DNA from: Phoronis australis
Taxonomy: Eukaryota > Animalia > Phoronida
Reading direction: 5' to 3'
NCBI GenBank assembly: GCA_002633005.1
Contig: NMRA01000134.1
Location: 62,001-126,000 of the forward strand
DNA length: 64,000 nucleotides
Part shown: one piece after another, positions 56,674 to 64,000 of the stretch
How positions within the stretch are numbered: position 1 is the first letter of the stretch
Layout of the letters: every line of letters begins with the position of its first letter
Translations under genes and position numbers: made by a program
Notes under the pieces: generated by a model
The model's input: the letters and a program-made list of their open reading frames with translations, nothing else
What the model was told of the DNA's origin: nothing
Database searches by the model: none

Positions 56674-57213
56674 GGCTCTATACTGCAAAAGGTACTTATA
56701 ACAACGTAACTGATATTTTTAATCAGTGTGAGGCTTATGGTGTACGAAGCTAGAAGCTTCACTGTCTCTACAGACACAATTAGGGAGGACAGCATTTTTC
56801 AAAAATTTTAGAAAATGTGCATGTAATATACATCATTAGAAAGCTCTTTTCGAGACTAAAATAACGATAGTAAAATTTTTTAAATTGGACTTATGGTTCC
56901 GGAGAAAATGTCATTTTCGTGTCAAAATTTTTGGTAAAAATTCTGTCAAATCGAATCTGCGAGTTCAAAATATTATTATTTCAAAACTNGCAACTGAGCG
57001 GAGTTGAATGAAGGAAGGACTGCTCAAAGAAAAAGTTTGTTTACAGGAGTATTCGTTGGAGTTGGAAGGAATGAAAGACATCGATGACCTCCTCAGGCAG
57101 CCCTCTGGCTCTATACTGCAAAAGGTACTTATTACAACGTAACTGATATTTTTAATCAGTGTGAGGCTTATGGTGTACGAAGCTAGAAGCTTCACTGTCT
57201 CTACAGACACAAT
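56557..57213. repeat. 224-bp direct duplication (56557-56780 and 56990-57213) around a single-N join
   Basis: Copies differ at two positions that I could see (catGgatg/catCgatg; ttatAac/ttatTac); N at 56989. Confidence 0.9.
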
Positions 57214-57714
57214 ACAGGGTCAGGGGCTAGCTAGAAAGTAGAGGAGCAAAGAGACGGTGGTCACTGTCCGACTCTGTCTTTTTCAAGACCTTGTGTTTAT
57301 ATGTTAAAAATACAACAATCCTGCATGACTTAACAAGACCAAAACTTAAATCTTACAGCAAAAAGAGGTTGAAAGTAGGGCCTATGTATGCAAATCAAGT
57401 AACTCCTCAAGGAACCGTACACATTTTGTTACTCCGAAATGATGGGTTTCTGGTTCCGAGCTGTTTACCGAATAGCCAACTTTGTAGTCTGGGACCACAC
57501 TTTTGATAAGTTTTTCACTTCAGGTCGAAGAATCATAAAAACTCCAAAAATCTTTAAGTCTAATGATCATAATTGATTTTTATAACCAAAGGCGCCTGAA
57601 GATTTTCACATCTTTCATTTTTAAAGCAAATTTTCAGCATAAACAATATTCTTTGACCCACTTGCAATAGACTTAACCATTTCCTGTCTGACATTCCTAG
57701 CCAATCACACATAC

Positions 57715-58160
57715 CTTAACTTCCTTTTATGGGACATGCCAACTAGCCGTCAGGGCCACGTTGACAAAATTTGATTGGGTGAATTTCGCCACGCGTACAA
57801 GAAGCCAGCAAGGCAGTGAGTTGTCATTTTCAAGTTCATTGTCGAAGCGGTAAGTGGTGATTGTTGCAAAGCTCTTACTAGTTTTCTGTAAATGTGCTCT
57901 TGCAGCATTTTTATCGATTTTTGCAACACGTGTGTCGTGAAAGGAGTTTTGTGACTTGAGAGCACTGTCCCTGCCAAGTTTACGGCACGGTGCACTCGAG
58001 CGACACTGATTGACGACTTTCATTGACAGTGAGTTGACAGTAAAGAACCTGAAAGTGAAAGTCGTTGACAACTCTGTTTCGTTAGTTTGACTGCACTCAA
58101 TATCACAATGACTTAAATTTGAAATTCAGGCTATCCGTAGTGAGCCGACGATTTATCAAG
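57715..58160. promoter_or_regulatory. Probable bidirectional promoter and non-coding first exons of IMMP1L (-) and calumenin (+)
   Basis: CpG-richer segment between the divergent genes. It is bounded by an outward-facing AAG|gtatgt donor on - (57715/57714) and AAG|gtaact donor on + (58160/58161), and contains a CCAAT box (ATTGG 57774-57778) and a CACGTG E-box (~57927). Confidence 0.55.
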
Positions 58161-58340
58161 GTAACTCCACGTCTCTAACCCCAGATTCAGGATTTAAAGC
58201 CCCATTGACTTCATAGACATTGCATGTTGCAATCACGGGCGTTGATCAGAAGCTGAGGACGCCTGTGGTTGCAATGAAGTCTTTAGTGTTGACCTGTCAT
58301 TTTTCTATTCCAGTAGGCCTAACTTGGAAGTGTGGACACA

Positions 58341-58442
58341 ATGCAAATCCACGTGGCCGTGTTAATACTAGCAGTGGCAGCTACGGGACAATCCTCGGCC
58401 ATACCCACTCAGGAAGACCACAAAGATAGAGTCATCGACAAA
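58341..58442 (+). CDS. CALU: Calumenin first coding exon (signal peptide)
   Basis: acaATG start; [34 protein letters not shown] has a hydrophobic core, an SSA cleavage site and the KDRV motif; tandem cagtag acceptor at 58311-58316; AAA|gtatta donor in phase 0. Confidence 0.87.
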
Positions 58443-61400
58443 GTATTACATTTTTCACTCCTTTCCATTTTTATGTTGGGACAGTAGTTTCCACAAATTA
58501 ACTGATATAACATGGGTGGCGCAGCACTGAAAAAGTGGGGGGTTATAGCCCCCAGACCATGGGCGGCGCAGCACCTAGTTATCATTTCTTATTATTTTCA
58601 TATTTTGATGTCCACCTTTCTATTGGCCAAACCTCTTTAAGGCTAGCTATGAATATTGGTTTATGTGTTCGTACTCGGAAGATCATTTCTGACAATATTT
58701 TTTTACTTCTTTGGCAGTTCTCTTTTTTGCGTCCGCAGCTGTTTCTCTTAAAGGAAAAAAACACTATTAAGGGGTTATTGGGCTATGCGGCTTGACTTAA
58801 GGAGTTTGAATGCTCAAACTGCATTCGTGTGACTTGTGTGAGTTGGCCAAAATTTCAACTTGTATTTCCAAATTTCAGTTAATAAAATTAAATGTGACCT
58901 GGAGCTCATTATGCTGTGTCCTGCAATCTGTCAATTTTTTATTTTATTACGTTTCTGTGTTTTTGTCAGAACAGATTTTACAACAAAGTAATAGTTTCTC
59001 ATTTTGTTTCACAAAACTGTTTCTAATATGCCGGCAATCGTACTTGTAATGATAGTTTAATTGTAAAAATTTCCTGATCTTCCTGATTTTTGTCTTGCGT
59101 TGAAAGCGATGGTGAAATTGTTTTTTAATTGGATTCTGTTGTGCTTTGAAAGCTTTGACATTGCCTGTTGTTGGTAATGTACATCAGTTTGAAATGAAAA
59201 CACATTGTGTTGTCTTAAGGGTTTGTGCCCTTCTCATTGACTTGGCTGTACCATATTAATGTTACCACACGATACATTTAGTATTGTTATCACCACTTAA
59301 CCACACTAATGTCTTGTTTGTCTGATGTGCTGGTGTGTTCATTGTTGCCACGTTTGCATATTTTATTTCATAGACGATATAAGAATAACATCTCTTTTTG
59401 AGATTAATGGTTTGACGTGTATTTGATGATAGGAAATATGATGCCAAATTGACAATGCCAGCAACAATTTGTGTTGTTTCATTCATTAAAACTTTTGTAG
59501 ACCAGTTTATGTGTTAGTAGTAAATATTTTTGTTTTGTTTACTTACAGAGTAATATTTGTAACAGAATACTCATGTTTTCAGTGCGGGAGACTGAAATAT
59601 TCTTAACTTCTCTTAAGTTGAATGAACTTCCTTATTTTTTTCAAAATCATAAATATGATCAAGTTTTAGGTAAACAATTTTTCTGTTGTGATTCTCATCC
59701 TCATTGGGTTGAATCCTATACAGAAGGACTGATCAGTAGGGGTGACAGTGTCAATCACCTGCACCATATGCGATTCACCTGCGCCATGAGCGATTCACCT
59801 GAGCCATGTGCGATTTTCTTTCAATTCTAATAATGCTTTTCGGCAACAACACATTCATATGTATTCACTGTTACATATGCCAATTAATGAGATGTCCTTA
59901 ACCTAGTGAATCCTAAATTGCAAGTTATCGAGTGACATGACTACAGTTTTATCAAATCCCATATGAAAGTCTGTTTTTTGCATTTTGTTCGTTTTTTGAA
60001 GAAATTGTTTCCATTTACTCGTGGAGAGTATAGAAGAGACCCTCGTAACAAGGAGCACTTTACACTCTGCCAACCAGACATTACACCTTTACACCTTTAT
60101 CAAGCCCAAAATCAACTTGTATCTTGGCATGTCTGAATGAGCTTACTAGTACTCACTTATCAGCTGAAAGAACTGTCCATGTCATCTGGGTCAAAGCTCA
60201 TATTAACATTGATGGTAATGAAGCTATAATGGCTATCTTGCAAAGCAGGGAACAAGTTCACCCTGTTATGTACCAGGGCCCTACACACTAGTCTCGCATA
60301 GTTGCTTTTTGAAAGGTAAAAGTGAAACAGTGGATGTTCAAATTACCTGCAAATACATGGAGGAAGAGCTAAACTTGCAGACAAATGAAATACTTCTCTG
60401 ACTTGTTAAACCAAACAGTTCTAACACACTTTTATGGCTAGATAGGCTTAGCAATGGAGATGCTTCAAGTAATTACTGAGCTCTGCAACTTAGTTGGACA
60501 TTAAAATATCACAGGTCTCATTAACTGCTCGAATTATTTCAGCGTGATATGTAAACGGAGACTCCTCAACACTTAAAAGAGATATGTCAGAACGCACAGG
60601 TTTAATAGTCTTTCCCATTTCATGAAAAAGACAGAGGGATGTACATGAGTTATTAACCGGTGGTCAATGCAGTGGATGCACTCAGTCATGTGACCGAAGG
60701 ACACTTGGACACTGCTCAGTTTGTATCAAACCATCTGTCACTTTTTATATGTTCAATTGATTGATGCAAGTGCCTTAATAATGTCAGAGTTGGTGTTTAA
60801 TTGACTCAAATTCAAAAACATTATGATTTGGGATCCCAGTTTGAATTGTCAGATGAGGTATGTTCTGGGACGAGGTTGCGTATGTCAACCAAAACCCTTC
60901 ATTTACCGGTGATACATTATTTTTGCGTGAAATCTTGAATACTTTACCTGGTGAATGTACCTGGCTTCACATAGTTGTGAAATATGAAACAATGTCTCTA
61001 TTCCTTACTCTCAAATTATTACAATTTACTGAGAAATAGCAATGTAACAGCAATTTTAGCTACTGAACCCCAGATGTTAAGTTTCCTCCAATTCAATTGG
61101 CATTGGGCATTGTAGTTCTAAAATAACTTGGCAGTGAAAGGGTCATTTCAGAAAGCTAGCGATAACTGATGTCACTCGCCCGATAGGAGTTAGTGGGAAT
61201 GGGTTTTCGATAGACCAGAGTGTTCCTAATGGGAGAGGGACATGTAACTACTTTAAATGTCTTGTTATGCTATATTACATTGTATTTTGTTTCAACAAAA
61301 ATGGGTATGGCATTGCCTTTGCAACAAGTATTGTCCCTCCTGTTTGGAGTGGCTAGAAGACGCAGGTTTGCTTCCACCAAGGAACTAGGAAAAGATCAGG

Positions 61401-63009
61401 CAAAGTGAACGTGACAGGTTTTGTGTGATGTTTCAGAAACTTAGTGAAGAGAAGCACTTTGAGGGCGAAGACCACAACTCAGAATATGATCATGAAGCAT
61501 TCCTAGGCAAGGAGGAGGCACAGACATTTGACCAGTTGAGTCCTGAAGAGAGCTTGGAAAGGCTAGGGTGAGTAGAGTGTGTTGAATAGTCTTGAGTGGT
61601 GGAGAGGCTTGGATGAACAAGGGTTGTTTGTCAGTCTGGCTATCTTAGAGAGACCAGAGTTATTGAGGACTGTTGGTTGGTATGACTGTCTTAGAGAGGC
61701 CAGAGTTATTATGGACTGTTGGTTGGTCTGGCTCTCTTGGAGAGGCTTGAGTGAGTATTTAGTTTTGAATGTTGAGTGTTGATCAGCCTGGCTACCGTGG
61801 AGTGACAATCAGCCAAGCAGGTTTCTATAATGGACAGGATGCCTTCCAGATCTACTTAAACTGCACCCCGTTGTGGCCTTTGTGTATATAAATATGTGGA
61901 TGCATGTTGCCATCATCTCTGTCTAGGCGTCCAGGTATCCATCGTTTCAGACAAGTTTGACCTTTTTATTCTGTATATTTTAAGATAAGCACTGCGATCA
62001 CAGGTGTATTTCAACACTCTGTGTTGTTTTTGAAATTCATTCATTGAGAAGATTTTTTTTTGTTGTTCCTATAGAAAGGTTGTAGGTTAGGCTTTGAAAA
62101 TCAAAAATTTGCCTTGTATGTATTCACAACTGTTCATTGATTGCACAAGTAGCAGTGAACCTTACTGCTTATTTGTTAATCTCTTTACATTTCTTTGCTT
62201 GATTTCTCTACTCGTATCCAGTGGCCATGCAGGAGCACTCAAGCTTATTGACATTTCATTTGGGATTTTTTTTCAGGAAAATTGTGGATAAGATAGACAA
62301 GGACGCAGACAAAAAGGTTACAGAGGCTGAGCTGGTGGCATGGATCAAGCATGTGCAAGGCCGTTACATTATGGCTGACACTGAGCGACAATGGAAGGAT
62401 CATGAATTGGAGGATGGCCAGCTGACATGGGACCAGTACAAGGCACGTGTCTACGGTGGTGTTACAGGTGAGAAAAGGACAAGGGAGGTGCCTCTCATTG
62501 TCATTGTCTTTTGTGTTGCAGACATTTACTTAGGCGGAATATAGAAATTGTTGTTTCTTACACGTCACTGTGACATTCTTTCTGTTTGAAGTTATTTGTG
62601 AAGACACCACAATAAACACAATTATAAACACATAACTACATTTTTGAAGTGTTTTCCCAACCTGTTTTCTTCATTTCCTTGTTACTAATTCTTGTTATTT
62701 TCTATTTGTTCGAATCCGTAGAAACATTACCGGGAAATGCTCCTAATTAACATTAGATGTGATCTTCGTGTGACCTTGCAGATGAAGAGATGAACAGTGA
62801 GCCTTACAACTACGCGTCCATGATTAGTCGCGATGAGCGGCGATGGAAACGGGCAGATGTCAACGCAGACAATAAAATGACAATGGAAGAGTTTTCTCAC
62901 TTCCTACACCCCGAGGATGTGGAACACATGAGGGACGTTGTCGTCGAGGAGACCATGGAGGATATTGACAAAGACAGTGATGGTTTCATCAGTGTTGAGG
63001 AGTATATTG
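58341..63009 (+). CDS. CALU: Calumenin/reticulocalbin (CREC family) EF-hand protein; 3'-partial, continues beyond the window
   Basis: Four phase-compatible exons encode a signal peptide, [44 protein letters not shown] and [24 protein letters not shown], all characteristic of calumenin. Confidence 0.92.
59756..59815. repeat. Tandem repeat, 20-bp unit, 3 copies
   Basis: CACCTGCGCCATGWGCGATT-like units. Confidence 0.8.
61437..61567 (+). CDS. CALU: Calumenin coding exon 2 (absent from the ORF track)
   Basis: tttcag acceptor, GG|gtgagt donor; encodes [43 protein letters not shown]. Confidence 0.94.
61634..61752. repeat. Tandem repeat, ~46-bp unit, about 2.5 copies
   Basis: GTCTGGCTATCTTAGAGAGRCCAGAGTTATT..GGACTGTTGGTTG units. 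Confidence 0.8.
62277..62467 (+). CDS. CALU: Calumenin coding exon 3 (EF-hands 1-2)
   Basis: tttttttcag acceptor, G|gtgaga donor; encodes [24 protein letters not shown]...YGGVT. Confidence 0.94.
62782..63009 (+). CDS. CALU: Calumenin coding exon 4 (EF-hands 3-4)
   Basis: ccttgcag acceptor, G|gtgagt donor; contains the [12 protein letters not shown] and [12 protein letters not shown] loops. Confidence 0.94.
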
Positions 63010-64000
63010 GTGAGTGCAGTGGGTGGAGGAAGGCAGTGTTGATTGATGGATTTATGAGTCGGCATTATGTGAGGGGGGTGCGAACTTGACAGATGTGTGG
63101 AGCTTTGAAGTGTTTAAAATTGATTGAGATATCCGTTTAATGAACCATGGTGAATATTGAGAAGAAAGAGTTGCTTCTTCAACATTACCAGGGCCTTCAC
63201 TTTCTTGATCAGAAAGGTGCCTGTATCTTTTAAAAGCCGGATTTTCGTGTGTTTTTATGCCAAGATGGTAATTTTCAGGTCATTTTTTACATGGATGTCA
63301 TGTTTATTTACTGCAATGCCATTCAGCCCTTATTCCATCTCTGAATAGACGAGAAGAGCAATGCTTAAACTGTTCTATAACTTAGCTAACGGTGTTGTTG
63401 CTGTGAATAATTCTCATGAGTTAGCTTTTCAAATGTCGTCTGCTTGGAACTGCTTCCCAAAGGAGTGGACAGCAAGTTCATCAGTAAAAAAACATATCCT
63501 GTACGTTTCTATGCTCCACCGCATGACTCTATGTCATTCTCCTCTTGTAGAACTTGTTTGTGTGCCACTATTTCGAGGGCTCAAGAGCCCTGATTACTTC
63601 CTAATAAGCAAGAGATGAGAGCAGGTTGGAATGAATGAATGAAAAGAGTGTTGGCTTGTGTATAGTGTGAGACATGAATAAAACAAATTAACTTGGACAA
63701 AATCGTCACTAACAAACTTGGTTGTTTGCACATATGGAGGAAAGTTTTACGTTGTTGTCACAGATGCTTCCAAAGCTTGTCACCTCAGTTATGGGAGAAA
63801 CTTTTGTCAAAAAACAGTGCAGGAAAGGGGGTATGAGCATGATAAGAAATGTAGTAAAGTTAGTCAAAGCCCCATGCATTTCCATGTTTGTAAACTGCGC
63901 TTTAATTCGTGCTTTGGCGTGGAAACCTTTATTTTGGTTTTATAATACTTTTGTGTTAGCATTGCCTACCTAATTATATGTGATAAAACCACGTGCCCAT

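Noticed and set aside
57755-57793. ERSE/ERSE-II ER-stress element upstream of calumenin (CCACG and ATTGG motifs)
   Set aside because: Spacing and orientation fit neither CCAAT-N9-CCACG nor ATTGG-N-CCACG.
61301-61408. ATG 61301 ([18 protein letters not shown]..) as the calumenin signal peptide
   Set aside because: The frame stops at 61408, before the 61437 exon. The 58341-58442 exon provides a better signal peptide, the KDRV motif and the correct phase.

Overview
Eukaryotic, AT-rich genomic DNA with GT-AG spliceosomal introns, most likely from an invertebrate animal. Almost all entries in the six-frame ORF track are spurious or are exon fragments. I rebuilt three genes by hand from splice sites and intron phase. 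(1) A + strand ABTB2/BTBD11-family gene (histone-fold region, ankyrin repeats, BTB/POZ) with 16 coding exons over 27811-44057 and about 1050-1070 aa; its 5' end is unresolved and about 27.8 kb of upstream sequence has no securely identified exon. (2) A complete - strand IMMP1L gene (mitochondrial inner-membrane peptidase subunit 1), 5 coding exons over 54459-47485, 169 aa, convergent with the first gene. (3) The 5' part of a + strand calumenin/reticulocalbin (CREC family) gene, starting at 58341 and running off the window, head-to-head with IMMP1L. The non-coding DNA carries many non-autonomous DNA transposons: a CAC-terminal element with a 5-bp target-site duplication (Transib/RAG-like signature), two CCGTA/TA pogo-like elements, Harbinger-like and hAT-like elements. 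It also carries a tRNA-derived SINE, minisatellites, one 493-N gap, and two duplications at single-N joins that look like both alleles of heterozygous transposon insertions. I could not demonstrate a wholly new biological system. The best leads are the Transib/RAG-like element, the ABTB2-IMMP1L-CREC gene cluster and the fused H2B-H2A-like fold in a BTB adaptor. Homology calls come from recalled protein sequences, not from a database search.
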